A DNA stretch of 60,522 nucleotides. It comes from an uncultured Ruminococcus sp. (GTDB lineage: Bacteria > Bacillota > Clostridia > Oscillospirales > Ruminococcaceae). The notes below the pieces were generated by a model. The model saw only the letters and a program-made list of their open reading frames with translations. It searched no databases and had not been told where the DNA came from. The stretch lies in assembly GCA_964594275.1 (NCBI GenBank), contig CAZQMA010000006.1, positions 1 to 60,522 on the forward strand, in the 5' to 3' direction. Position 1 is the stretch's first letter. Every line of letters begins with the position of its first letter. This document shows positions 1-9,413 of this stretch, piece by piece. Both the position numbers and the translations under genes were made by a program.

Positions 1-258
1 CTTTTCCTTCTGAAGCAGGCTCTCGGGGATGAACATCGGCATATAAACATTCTCGTGACCTGTTTCCTTGAACATACCATCCAGAATACGCTGGATATTT
101 TCCCAGATAGCGTAGCCATAGGGACGGATTACCATGCACCCCTTAACGCTTGTGTACTCTATAAGCTCAGCTTTCTTTACGATGTCTGTATACCACTGTG
201 CAAAATCTTCCTCCATGGAAGTAATCGCAGCAACCATCTTCTTATTATTCTTTGCCAT
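1..258 (-). CDS. proS: prolyl-tRNA synthetase, archaeal/eukaryotic-type class II (N-terminal part only; the gene continues past the window edge)
   Basis: Reverse translation of 258..1 gives [56 protein letters not shown]..., the typical N-terminus of ProS as found in Clostridia. The ORF-track entry 55..300(+) is on the wrong strand. Confidence 0.8.
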   Translation of the reverse strand, partial: MAKNNKKMVAAITSMEEDFAQWYTDIVKKAELIEYTSVKGCMVIRPYGYAIWENIQRILDGMFKETGHENVYMPMFIPESLLQKEK

Positions 259-392
259 GTTAAATTTATCCTCCCGGTAGTTTTGTCTATACCGTTATAG
301 TATAACATATTAATACAGGAAATGCAAGTGTTACTTTGAAAATTTTGGGAGCATTCCTACGGCTTTTTCCAATTGTTAACATCTTCTCCTAT

Positions 393-420
393 TGACAAAC
401 TAGCGGGAATTGCATATAAT
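393..420 (+). promoter_or_regulatory. sigma-A-type promoter: -35 TTGACA (393-398), 16-nt spacer, -10 TATAAT (415-420)
   Basis: Both hexamers match the consensus exactly and sit upstream of the T-box leader and cysE-cysS. Confidence 0.5.
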
Positions 421-439
421 ATAAATAGTAAAGACGCAG

Positions 440-690
440 CAATCAGAGTAGCTTTGCTTTTGCGGTTCAGAGAGTGTCGGGGTGGTGGAACGGCACACGC
501 TGGCTTTGTGAAGTGCGGTTGTCAGTCGGTGCAGGGAAGGTGAAAGTGTTTTCGCTGTGTATATGCACCCGGTTTGCCATCGTTAAAGGGCTTCTAATGA
601 GTTATAAATCGGAGTGGAACCGTGGCATATTATACTGCCGCCTCCGGGAGACGTTTTTTTGTTACGTTTTCCGAGGCGTTTTTTTGTGCC
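440..690 (+). promoter_or_regulatory. putative T-box leader (cysteine-specific?) ahead of cysE-cysS
   Basis: An AGAGAG motif lies near 470. A candidate specifier region GAAGUGCGG containing UGC lies near 520. A T-box-like element GGAGTGGAACCGTGG is at 610-624, compared with consensus AGGGTGGNACCGCGG. It is followed by a terminator-like stem, CGCCTCCGG...CCGAGGCG plus TTTTTTT, at about 640-686. The long 5' extension of ORF 474..1445 is probably this leader rather than coding sequence. Confidence 0.45.
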
Positions 691-725
691 ACCAACTACC
701 CGCAACAGAGAAAGGCGGTACCCGT

Positions 726-1445
726 TTGTTCCGAAAGCTTAAAGAGGATATTGCTCTTGTCAAAGAAAAAGACCCGGCTGCAAGAAGCGGTCTTGAAATT
801 ATACTCACCTACTCAGGACTTAAAGCTGTACGCAGCTACCGGCGAGCTCACTGGTTCTATAGCCACGGCTTTCTAACTATTGCCCGTATAATCTCACAGC
901 GTGCCCGCAACAAGACAGGAATCGAAATTCATCCCGGCGCACAGATCGGCAAGGGCCTCTTTATCGACCACGGCATGGGTGTGGTAATCGGTGAAACCAC
1001 CATCATCGGCGACAACTGCCTACTCTATCAAGGCGTAACCCTGGGCGGCACGGGTAAAGACAAGGGCAAGCGTCACCCCACACTCGGCAACAATGTCATG
1101 GTCGGTGCAGGCGCAAAGGTTCTGGGACCCATTGAGATTGGCGACAATGTAAAAATTGCCGCAAATGCGGTTGTTTTAAAGCCCGTTCCCAGCAATTCAA
1201 CTGCGGTAGGCGTTCCTGCAAGAGTGGCTATACGTGACGGCGTTAAAATCGGTCATGACCTTGACCATATACACTATCCCGACCCTACAATGCAGGATAT
1301 TACAGCTCTGCAAAGCGGTATGCTTCAGCTTAAATCTGAGGTGGACATTCTGGAGCATCAGTATGAGCTTGACCACAACCATCCGTTCCCACATGATAAT
1401 GATAATAAACAAATAAAAGGAGAGACAGAAAATGAAAATCTATAA
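726..1445 (+). CDS. cysE: serine O-acetyltransferase
   Basis: Hexapeptide-repeat core GIEIHPGAQIGKGLFIDHGMGVVIGETTIIGDNCLLYQGVTLGG. The N-terminus after a TTG start at 726 reads MFRKLKEDIALVKEKDPAARS, which looks like CysE. The start codon is inferred. Confidence 0.75.
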   Translation: MFRKLKEDIALVKEKDPAARSGLEIILTYSGLKAVRSYRRAHWFYSHGFLTIARIISQRARNKTGIEIHPGAQIGKGLFIDHGMGVVIGETTIIGDNCLLYQGVTLGGTGKDKGKRHPTLGNNVMVGAGAKVLGPIEIGDNVKIAANAVVLKPVPSNSTAVGVPARVAIRDGVKIGHDLDHIHYPDPTMQDITALQSGMLQLKSEVDILEHQYELDHNHPFPHDNDNKQIKGETENENL

Positions 1446-2826
1446 CACCATGTCCCGAAAGACTGAGGAGCTTGTTCCAATGGAGAAAAACCACGTCCGC
1501 ATCTATGCCTGCGGTCCCACGGTTTACAATTACATCCACATAGGCAACGCCCGTCCCATCTGTGCTTTTGACGTGCTAAGACGTTACCTGAAATATAAGG
1601 GCTACAAAGTAACCTATGTTCAGAATTTCACCGACGTTGACGACAAAATCATCCGCCGTGCAAACGAAGAAGGCGTAGACTCTCTGGAGATTTCCGAGAA
1701 GTATATCGAGGAGTACAAGAAGGATGCTCACGGTCTGAATGTTCTGGATGCAGATGTTCACCCAAAAGTTACAGAAAGCATGGACTTAATCATAAACATT
1801 GTAAAGAAGCTTGTTGAATCAGGTCATGCCTATGAGCGTGAAGGCGATGTTTACTTCCGTACACGTTCCTTTGAGACCTATGGCAAGCTCTCCGGTCAAC
1901 CCATTGAAGAACTTCAGTCCGGTGCAAGAATCGACGTAAACGACATCAAGGACGATCCCCTTGACTTCGCTGTATGGAAGAGTGCGAAGCCCGGTGAGCC
2001 TTACTGGGAATCACCCTGGGGCAAGGGCAGACCCGGCTGGCATATCGAATGTTCTGCTATGTCAAGTCACTATCTGGGGGAAACTCTTGACATCCACTGT
2101 GGCGGTCAGGATCTCATATTCCCTCACCACGAAAACGAAATTGCTCAGAGTGAAGCCGCAAACGGCAAGACATTCTCAAACTACTGGATGCACAACGGCT
2201 ATATCAACATCGACAACAAGAAAATGTCCAAATCCCTGGGTAACTTCTTTACCGTCCGTGAAGTAGCTGAAAAGTACGGTTATGAGGTTATCCGTTACAT
2301 GATGGTTCAGGCTCACTACAGAAGCCCTATCAACTACTGCAAGGAGCTACTTGACGCTTGTAAGGCTTCTTTAGAGCGTCTCTACACCTGCCGTGACACT
2401 CTTGACCGTGCAATTGCTGCGGCACAGAGCGGTGCTGTTTCCGAGGAGGCTAAGAACATTTTTGACGCCAGAAAGACACAGTTTGAGGCCGCCATGGATG
2501 AGGACCTTAATACTGCTGACGCTGTTACCGCTCTCTTTGAGCTGGCACGTGACCTCAACAAAATGAGTGCGGACAATACCGTTTCTAAGGAACAGCTGAC
2601 AGCGGGCGCATCTCTCTTTGATGCTATGACAGAGGTTCTGGGTATTCTCTATAATCGCAAGACCGAAAATGAAATCCCTGCTGAGGTTCTGGCTCTTGCC
2701 GAAGAGCGTGCTGTCGCAAGAAAGGCTAAGAACTTTGCTGAGGCAGACCGCCTCCGTGACGAAATTGCAGCTCTTGGCTGGCAGATAAAGGAAACAAGAC
2801 AGGGTACGGAAATAACTAAACTATAA
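1432..2826 (+). CDS. cysS: cysteinyl-tRNA synthetase
   Basis: HIGH motif (YNYIHIGNARP), KMSKS motif and CysS-like overall sequence. The start overlaps the cysE stop by 14 nt. Confidence 0.95.
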   Translation: MKIYNTMSRKTEELVPMEKNHVRIYACGPTVYNYIHIGNARPICAFDVLRRYLKYKGYKVTYVQNFTDVDDKIIRRANEEGVDSLEISEKYIEEYKKDAHGLNVLDADVHPKVTESMDLIINIVKKLVESGHAYEREGDVYFRTRSFETYGKLSGQPIEELQSGARIDVNDIKDDPLDFAVWKSAKPGEPYWESPWGKGRPGWHIECSAMSSHYLGETLDIHCGGQDLIFPHHENEIAQSEAANGKTFSNYWMHNGYINIDNKKMSKSLGNFFTVREVAEKYGYEVIRYMMVQAHYRSPINYCKELLDACKASLERLYTCRDTLDRAIAAAQSGAVSEEAKNIFDARKTQFEAAMDEDLNTADAVTALFELARDLNKMSADNTVSKEQLTAGASLFDAMTEVLGILYNRKTENEIPAEVLALAEERAVARKAKNFAEADRLRDEIAALGWQIKETRQGTEITKL

Positions 2827-2836
2827 GGAGTGGCAA

Positions 2837-3658
2837 ATGGCAAAGTTCAGTAAAAAGGCAGTTACAAGAATGACCATCCTTGTGGTTGTTATGGCTGCAA
2901 TAAGTCTGACTCTCTTCTCATGCAGTACCTACTGTGCTCAGAGCCAGAAAACTTATATTGATATGGCGAATGTTACCCTTGTTCAGCTTGAAGAGCCATC
3001 TCCCGATGATACCTGTGCCGTTATCCACACTACCGCAGGTGACATCACTGCTGTGCTCTACACCGAGGATTCTCCTATGTACACAGCTCAGTTTATTGCT
3101 CTTGCAGAAGAGGGCTACTATGATAACACCTATGTTTTCCAGGTTGAAAAAGATGTTTACTTCTCAGCAGGCAGTCCCGACAAGACAGGCTCTGTAAGCA
3201 GCACACAGGCAGCTTCTTCCAAAGAAAACGTTGTAATGGAAAAGTCTCAGAATCTCTGGCCTTTCCGTGGTGCTCTCTGCGCTCCGAAAACAGGTCATGA
3301 CACCAATTTCTGGGACAACCTCTTCGGTCAGGCTGATGACTACGTAGGTACGCGTTTCCTGGTATGCAACACCATCGAGTTCGATGATGCAACCCTCGCC
3401 GAGCTTGAACAGGCAGATTCCTCTGCCGAAACCATAAACAACGCCTTCATCGAAAAAGGGGGTATCCCCAACTACGCTCAACAGATGACGGTATTCGGTC
3501 AGGCGTTTGGCGAGGATAGCTTTAATACTATTAACACAATCACCACAGCGGTTCTTGCCGCAGCAGATGAAGAATCAGGATACACTCCACCCGAGGATGA
3601 TATTCTCATTGAGAATATAGAGATTATGACGTATAAAGAAACCGGTGTTTCCTGGTAA
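2837..3658 (+). CDS. lipoprotein with a divergent cyclophilin-type peptidyl-prolyl isomerase-like domain
   Basis: Signal peptide with a lipobox-like LFSC. FIALAEEGYYDNTYVFQVEKDVYFSAGSPDKTG and FRGALCAPKTGHDTN resemble cyclophilin motifs. The match is divergent. Confidence 0.45.
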   Translation: MAKFSKKAVTRMTILVVVMAAISLTLFSCSTYCAQSQKTYIDMANVTLVQLEEPSPDDTCAVIHTTAGDITAVLYTEDSPMYTAQFIALAEEGYYDNTYVFQVEKDVYFSAGSPDKTGSVSSTQAASSKENVVMEKSQNLWPFRGALCAPKTGHDTNFWDNLFGQADDYVGTRFLVCNTIEFDDATLAELEQADSSAETINNAFIEKGGIPNYAQQMTVFGQAFGEDSFNTINTITTAVLAAADEESGYTPPEDDILIENIEIMTYKETGVSW

Positions 3659-3835
3659 TTAATAGTTAATAATGAATAATCTGCAATGTCCCGGTGAAAC
3701 ATTTTGACAAGACTATTTTTCTAAAAAACTATAATCGGATAACTATCAATTTAAATATTTGTAGAAAATTCGTGAGAAATTTGCCCTTGTATTGGCACAA
3801 TATAACAAATTCACGGCAAGTCACGGTTCAACTGC

Positions 3836-3864
3836 TTTACAAATGCGCCTAATTGGTGTATAAT
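3836..3864 (+). promoter_or_regulatory. sigma-A-type promoter: -35 TTTACA (3836-3841), 17-nt spacer, -10 TATAAT (3859-3864); about 150-nt leader to murA
   Basis: Consensus-like hexamers. The leader carries a direct repeat, AAATGCGCCT(A/T)ATT, at 3841-3856 and 3978-3993. Confidence 0.4.
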
Positions 3865-4013
3865 AGAAGAGTTAAATCGTAAAATAGCATTAGCTTAGAT
3901 ATATATACAGAGACAATCATAGAAGTGACAAAATTAAGCTGTCACGCTTAAAAACGGGATAGGTGCGCCTTTGCACAAAAATGCGCCTTATTCCACTAAG
4001 GAGAGAAAACGTT

Positions 4014-5303
4014 TTGGAGAAGTTTGTAATTCGAGGCGGTCGCCGACTGACCGGTGAAATCGAAGTCAGCGGGGCTAAAAACGCTGCCGTTGCCCTTATT
4101 CCCGCCGTTCTGCTGTGTGATGAACCCTGTGTTCTGGAAAATGTTCCCGACATAAGCGACGTTTCCATGAGCCTGCGCATTATGTACGAAATGGGTGCTA
4201 AGGTAGAATATATTGACAAGACTACTGTCCGCATTTCAGCTGAAAACGTGGACAATTTCTGCGTTCCCTATGAGAGTGCAAGACGCATGAGAGCGTCATA
4301 TTATTTTCTCGGTGCGCTCCTTGGTAAATTCTCAAGAGCGAGAGTTTCCATGCCCGGCGGCTGTCCTCTGGGAGATCGTCCCATTGACCAGCATCTGAAG
4401 GCTTTTTCCGCTCTGGGTGCTAAATGTAACATTGAATACGGCATGGTAGACCTTTCAGCCGAAAAGCTCACAGGCTCTCAGATTTACTTAGACGTAGTTT
4501 CCGTTGGTGCAACTATGAATGCTATGTTGGCAGCTGTACGTGCAGAAGGACTTACTGTTATCGAAAATGCCGCTAAGGAACCTCACATCGTTGACTTGGC
4601 TAACTTTCTGAACTCTATGGGGGCAGATATTATGGGGGCAGGTACCGATGTTATCAAGATTCGTGGTGTAAAGCACCTTCACGGTACAACTTATTCCGTT
4701 GTTCCCGACCAGATTGAAGCCGGCACTTTTATGGTAGCTGTTGCCGCAACAGGCGGTGACGCAATGATTACCAACGTTATCCCCAAGCACCTTGAACCTA
4801 TTACATCCAAGCTTCGTAAAATCGGTGTTAATGTCGATGAATTTGATGACAGCGTGAGAGTATGGGTTGACGGTCCTCTGGTGCGTACCAATATCAAGAC
4901 CATGCCTCATCCCGGTTTTCCCACAGATATGCAGCCTCAGATGGCTACCCTGCTTACTCTTGCTGAGGGTACAAGCATTGTTACTGAGGGTGTATGGGAG
5001 CAGAGATTCCGCTATGTGGACGAACTGAGAAGAATGGGCGCTGACATTTCCGTTGACGGCAAGGTAGCGGTTATTGAAGGCACAGGTAAACTTACAGGAG
5101 CTCCTGTTAAGGCATGTGACCTCCGTGCTGGTGCTGCTCTGATTATTGCAGGACTTGCTGCTAAGGGCATTACTGAGATTGAGGATATATTCCACATCGA
5201 GCGTGGCTACGGCGGACTGGTCGAAAAGCTTCGCCAGGCAGGCGCAGATATTGAAAAGGTAACAACTCCCGTTGCAACTATGCGTGAAGCGGTTACCGGC
5301 TAA
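4014..5303 (+). CDS. murA: UDP-N-acetylglucosamine 1-carboxyvinyltransferase
   Basis: EKFVIRGGRRLTGEIEVSGAKNAAVALIPAVLL... shows MurA family similarity over the full length. A TTG start at 4014 follows the RBS AAGGAGA. Confidence 0.9.
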   Translation: MEKFVIRGGRRLTGEIEVSGAKNAAVALIPAVLLCDEPCVLENVPDISDVSMSLRIMYEMGAKVEYIDKTTVRISAENVDNFCVPYESARRMRASYYFLGALLGKFSRARVSMPGGCPLGDRPIDQHLKAFSALGAKCNIEYGMVDLSAEKLTGSQIYLDVVSVGATMNAMLAAVRAEGLTVIENAAKEPHIVDLANFLNSMGADIMGAGTDVIKIRGVKHLHGTTYSVVPDQIEAGTFMVAVAATGGDAMITNVIPKHLEPITSKLRKIGVNVDEFDDSVRVWVDGPLVRTNIKTMPHPGFPTDMQPQMATLLTLAEGTSIVTEGVWEQRFRYVDELRRMGADISVDGKVAVIEGTGKLTGAPVKACDLRAGAALIIAGLAAKGITEIEDIFHIERGYGGLVEKLRQAGADIEKVTTPVATMREAVTG

Positions 5304-5314
5304 GAAAATATTTC

Positions 5315-5340
5315 AGAGCCTGCTTTGCAGGCTCTTTTTG
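5315..5340 (+). terminator. intrinsic terminator after murA
   Basis: Hairpin AGAGCCTGC-ttt-GCAGGCTCT followed by TTTTTG. Confidence 0.7.
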
Positions 5341-5426
5341 TTGATGAAAAGCAGAAAATGTTTCACACGGAATATTTCCGACAAGCTTCCCTATCATACG
5401 TCCAAACTTTACTTGCGAGGTCTACT

Positions 5427-6215
5427 ATGTCTAAATTTCACTCTCTTTTCAGCGGCAGTAAAGGCAATGCCTCTCTGCTCACCTTTGGCAGAAGTTCACT
5501 GCTTATAGATGCAGGTATGTCCTGTAAACAGCTCATGTGTGCAATTTCTGCCCGTGATATTTCGCCTGTCTCCATAGGAGGCGTCATTATCACTCACGCC
5601 CATATTGACCATATACGCGGTCTGCGGGTTTTCTGTAAGAATACAGGCGTAAAAGTCTACGCTTCGGCGGATACCCTCAGCACCCTTCTCCGTGACGGTC
5701 ACATCACCGAACAGGATTTTGGCGGTATTCTTGATGATGATGTACAGGATATAGGCGGATTTGGCGTAAAGGCTTTTCCCACTGACCATGACGAAAGGGG
5801 TAGTTGCGGTTTTCGCATTTTCACTCCGGATGAACGTTCGTGCGCTGTCTGTACCGACCTTGGACACGTTACCGATGCTGTTCACAGCAACACACAGGGC
5901 AGCGACCTCGTACTCTTGGAATCAAACTACGATCCAGCCATGCTGAAAAACAGCTCCTATCCCGCCCACCTGAAAGCCAGAATCTCAGGTGATTCGGGAC
6001 ACCTTTCAAATCGTGCTTCGGCGGATGAGGCGTTCCGTCTGATAGGCAGCGGTACAACCCGTCTGATTCTGGGACACCTGAGCGAAGAAAACAATACTCC
6101 CTATCTCGCCGAAAAAACTACGAGAGACAGGCTTGACGGTACATACAACTGCGGTAGCGACTATCTGCTCTACATCGCAAGCCGCTGCGGACTAAAGGAG
6201 ACGGTGATTTTCTGA
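5427..6215 (+). CDS. MBL-fold metallo-hydrolase (WalJ/YycJ-like)
   Basis: HAHIDH motif and a YycJ-like N-terminus MSKFHSLFSGSKGNASLL. The gene lies directly upstream of rlmH, as in Bacillus. Confidence 0.75.
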   Translation: MSKFHSLFSGSKGNASLLTFGRSSLLIDAGMSCKQLMCAISARDISPVSIGGVIITHAHIDHIRGLRVFCKNTGVKVYASADTLSTLLRDGHITEQDFGGILDDDVQDIGGFGVKAFPTDHDERGSCGFRIFTPDERSCAVCTDLGHVTDAVHSNTQGSDLVLLESNYDPAMLKNSSYPAHLKARISGDSGHLSNRASADEAFRLIGSGTTRLILGHLSEENNTPYLAEKTTRDRLDGTYNCGSDYLLYIASRCGLKETVIF

Positions 6216-6691
6216 TGATGAATATACAGATTTTAGCCTACGGTAAACTCAAGGAGAAGTATCTCCGTGACGCATGCAATGAATATGAAAAACGTCTTTC
6301 ACGATACTGCAATTTCTCATGCACTGAGCTTGAACCAATTCAGCTCTCCGAAAAGGCTTCGGACAAAGAAATAGCCGCTGCTCTTGAAAAGGAAGGACAG
6401 CAGTTGCTTAAACGTATTAAAGGCTTTTGCATTGCCATGTGTATTGAGGGTAAAACCATGAGCAGTGAGGCTCTGGCAGAGAAACTCTCCTCAGTTGGCG
6501 TTGCGGGGGACAGCACTGTAACCTTCGTCGTAGGCAGCTCATTCGGGCTTTCCGACGAGGTAAAACGCCGTGCTGACCTTAGACTTTCCATGTCCCCCAT
6601 GACCTTCCCACATCAGCTTGCACGTGTCATGCTTTTTGAGCAGATTTACCGTGCTTTCCAGATTCAATCAGGGTCGAAGTATCACAAATAA
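6215..6691 (+). CDS. rlmH: 23S rRNA (pseudouridine1915-N3)-methyltransferase
   Basis: SPOUT/YbeA-family sequence (MNIQILAYGKLKEKYL...TFVVGSSFGLSDEV). Confidence 0.9.
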   Translation: MMNIQILAYGKLKEKYLRDACNEYEKRLSRYCNFSCTELEPIQLSEKASDKEIAAALEKEGQQLLKRIKGFCIAMCIEGKTMSSEALAEKLSSVGVAGDSTVTFVVGSSFGLSDEVKRRADLRLSMSPMTFPHQLARVMLFEQIYRAFQIQSGSKYHK

Positions 6692-6940
6692 AAATAATAA
6701 TTATATTTTAATTGGGAGCTTGCCGTCTTTTCGGTACGCTCTCTTTATTTATATTACATTTCGTCAAGGGATTTTCAAAGTCAGAAAGATAAGTTTGAAT
6801 TTTCAAAATTATTTTCGCCAAACCCCTTGCAAATTATTGCTAATCATGTTATTATGTGATTGATACTGTTTTATGGCTACTAAGCCCTTAAAGCAGAAAA
6901 AATGAGGAAAAACCAAAATACAAAAAAGGAGCGTATATTT

Positions 6941-9337
6941 ATGAAATACGGTTACTTCGACCTTGCAAACAAAGAATATGTAATCACTAAGCCCGACACT
7001 CCCGCACCTTGGTGTAACTACCTAGGTTCTCCTGAGTATGGCGCTATCGTATCCAACAACGCCGGCGGTTACAGCTTCGTTCAGTCAGGCGCAAACGGCA
7101 GAATTGCACGTTATCGCTTCAACTCCAACATGGCTCTTCCCGGTCGTTACATCTACATCCGTGACAACGATACCGCTGACTACTGGTCTGCTTCCTGGCA
7201 GCCCGTTGGCAAGCCACTTGATACCTACAAGAGCACCTGCCGCCACGGTACAGCTTATACTGTTATAAGCGCAGAATACGCAGGTATCTCCTCTGACGTT
7301 ACCTACTATGTTCCCACAGGCGCAACATATGAAGTATGGCGTGCAGTTGTAAAAAACAACTCCGACAAGCCCAGAAATCTCTCCCTCTTTGGCTTCGTTG
7401 AATTCACAAACGACAACAACTACGAACAGGATCAGGTAAACCTCCAGTACACACTCTTCATCACACGTACATCCTTCGAGGGCAACAAGATTCTCCAGCA
7501 CATAAACGAAAACAGCGGTAAGGACGAAACAGGCTCCAACCACCGTGAACGTTTCTTCGGTATGGTTGGCGCACCTGTTACAGGCTACAACGGTAATCTT
7601 GACAACTTCATCGGTTCCTACAGAACCTACTCAAACCCCATCGCCGTAGAAAACGGCAAATGCGATGGCGTTATGAACTACAACTCCAACGCATGCGGCG
7701 CACTCCAGAGTGAGATTACCCTGGAACCCGGCGAATCCAGAGAAATCATCTACGTTCTCGGTCAGAAGGACAACGCTCAGGCTGACGCAATCCTCAAATC
7801 CTATGAAGAGGCTGGCAAGGTTGACGCAGAAGTAGCAGAACTGAAAAACTACTGGCACGGCAAGCTCTCTAATTTCTCCGTTGAGACTCCCTCTGAAGAA
7901 TTCAACAACATGATTAACGTATGGAACGCTTACCAGTGCTTTATCACATTTATCTGGTCAAGAGCAGCTTCCTTTATCTACTGCGGTCTGAGAAACGGCT
8001 ACGGCTACCGTGACACTGTACAGGACATTCAGGGTATCATTCACCTTGACCCTGAAATGGCAGCTGAGAAGATTCGTTTCATGCTCTCTGCGCAGGTTGA
8101 CAACGGCGGCGGTCTGCCCCTCGTTAAGTTCAACCACAATGCAGGTCACGAGAATACTCCCGATGACCCTGAATACGTTAAGGAAACAGGTCATCCCTCT
8201 TACCGTGCAGACGACGCTCTTTGGCTCTTCCCCACAATCTTCAAGTATGTAGGTGAAAGCGGCAACTACGGCTTCTACGACGAGGTTATCGTTTATGCTA
8301 ACGGCGGCGAGGCTACTGTTTACGACCACCTGAAGAATGCTATCCGCTTCTCTATGGAGAGACTTGGTGACCACAAGATGCCCGCAGGTCTCCACGCTGA
8401 CTGGAACGACTGTCTCCGTCTGGGCAAGAAGGGTGAATCTACCTTCGTTGCATTCCAGCTCTACTACGCTATGTCCATGATTAAAGAGCTGGCAGAAAAG
8501 CGTAATGATACAGAATATGTTGAGTATATTACAAAGGTACAGGCTGAGCTTCACGAAACACTGGAAAAGTGTTGGGATGAGGACAGATTCATCCGTGGTA
8601 TCCGTGAGGATGGCGTAATCGTTGGTGCTAAGAAAGACCCCGAGGCTAATATGTGGCTGAACCCTCAGAGCTGGAGTGTAATCTCAGGCTTTGCATCCAG
8701 CGAACAGGCTGACAAGGCTATGCAGTCCGTTGCTGATATTCTGGATACACCCTATGGTGCTAAGCTTCTTGAACCTCCCTACAGAGAACACTACTTTGAC
8801 GGTGCGCTCATGCACATCTTCAACCCCGATACTAAGGAAAACGGCGGTATATTCTCACAGTCTCAGGGTTGGCTGATTCTTGCTGAATCTCTCTTGGGTC
8901 ACGGCGATGCAGCATTCCGTTACTTCATGGAAAGTTCTCCTGCCGCTATGAACGATAAGGCTGAAATCCGTGTTCTGGAGCCTTATGTACACGGTCAGTT
9001 TACTGAGTCTAGTGCTTCTCCTTATGCAGGACGTTCACACGTACACTGGCTGACAGGTACAGCTTCCACCGTTATGGTAGGCTGCACAGAGGGTATCTGT
9101 GGTATGAGACCTGATGCTGAGGGTCTGGTAATCAGCCCGTCTATCCCTTCAGAATGGGATGGATTCAAGATGACTAAGAAGTTCCGCGGCAAGACACTGA
9201 ACATTAACGTTAAGAATCCTGACCACGTACAGAGCGGCGTTGCTTCCATGACTGTAAATGGCACGGCTATTGAAGGCAACAAGCTTTACACAGAAAATCT
9301 CCCCGAAGTAAACGAAATTGAAATCGTTCTGGGTTAA
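6941..9337 (+). CDS. cellobiose phosphorylase (GH94)
   Basis: MKYGYFDLANKEYVITKPDTPAPWCNYLG... has the characteristic N-terminus and length (about 800 aa) of GH94 cellobiose phosphorylases. An AAGGAG RBS lies 9 nt upstream. Confidence 0.85.
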   Translation: MKYGYFDLANKEYVITKPDTPAPWCNYLGSPEYGAIVSNNAGGYSFVQSGANGRIARYRFNSNMALPGRYIYIRDNDTADYWSASWQPVGKPLDTYKSTCRHGTAYTVISAEYAGISSDVTYYVPTGATYEVWRAVVKNNSDKPRNLSLFGFVEFTNDNNYEQDQVNLQYTLFITRTSFEGNKILQHINENSGKDETGSNHRERFFGMVGAPVTGYNGNLDNFIGSYRTYSNPIAVENGKCDGVMNYNSNACGALQSEITLEPGESREIIYVLGQKDNAQADAILKSYEEAGKVDAEVAELKNYWHGKLSNFSVETPSEEFNNMINVWNAYQCFITFIWSRAASFIYCGLRNGYGYRDTVQDIQGIIHLDPEMAAEKIRFMLSAQVDNGGGLPLVKFNHNAGHENTPDDPEYVKETGHPSYRADDALWLFPTIFKYVGESGNYGFYDEVIVYANGGEATVYDHLKNAIRFSMERLGDHKMPAGLHADWNDCLRLGKKGESTFVAFQLYYAMSMIKELAEKRNDTEYVEYITKVQAELHETLEKCWDEDRFIRGIREDGVIVGAKKDPEANMWLNPQSWSVISGFASSEQADKAMQSVADILDTPYGAKLLEPPYREHYFDGALMHIFNPDTKENGGIFSQSQGWLILAESLLGHGDAAFRYFMESSPAAMNDKAEIRVLEPYVHGQFTESSASPYAGRSHVHWLTGTASTVMVGCTEGICGMRPDAEGLVISPSIPSEWDGFKMTKKFRGKTLNINVKNPDHVQSGVASMTVNGTAIEGNKLYTENLPEVNEIEIVLG

Positions 9338-9349
9338 GTTTAAAAATTA

Positions 9350-9378
9350 AAAGGAGCAGCTTTAGCTGCTCCTTTTTA
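9350..9378. terminator. bidirectional intrinsic terminator
   Basis: AAAGGAGCAGC-ttta-GCTGCTCCTTT flanked by A/T runs, between convergent genes. Confidence 0.7.
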
Positions 9379-9413
9379 TATCTGCTATATCATTGTATTC
9401 TTGTTTTATCGAC

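Noticed and set aside
55-300. Plus-strand ORF of 81 aa at the window start.
   Set aside because: The opposite strand, 258..1, encodes an unmistakable ProS N-terminus. The plus-strand ORF is an antisense artefact.
474-725. Long N-terminal extension of the cysE ORF, 84 extra codons from a GTG.
   Set aside because: The region carries T-box leader features and a terminator. A CysE-like N-terminus begins at the TTG at 726.
4488-5195. Long antisense ORFs inside well-supported genes: 4488-5195(-), 7085-7543(-), 7958-8554(-), 17828-18622(-), 25630-26355(+), 28164-28967(-), 54177-54749(-) and 57878-58390(-).
   Set aside because: Each lies opposite a confidently identified conserved protein (MurA, GH94, aspartate kinase, VanY, GH74, the zinc-ribbon protein, the response regulator). 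They have no RBS and Cys/low-complexity-biased composition.
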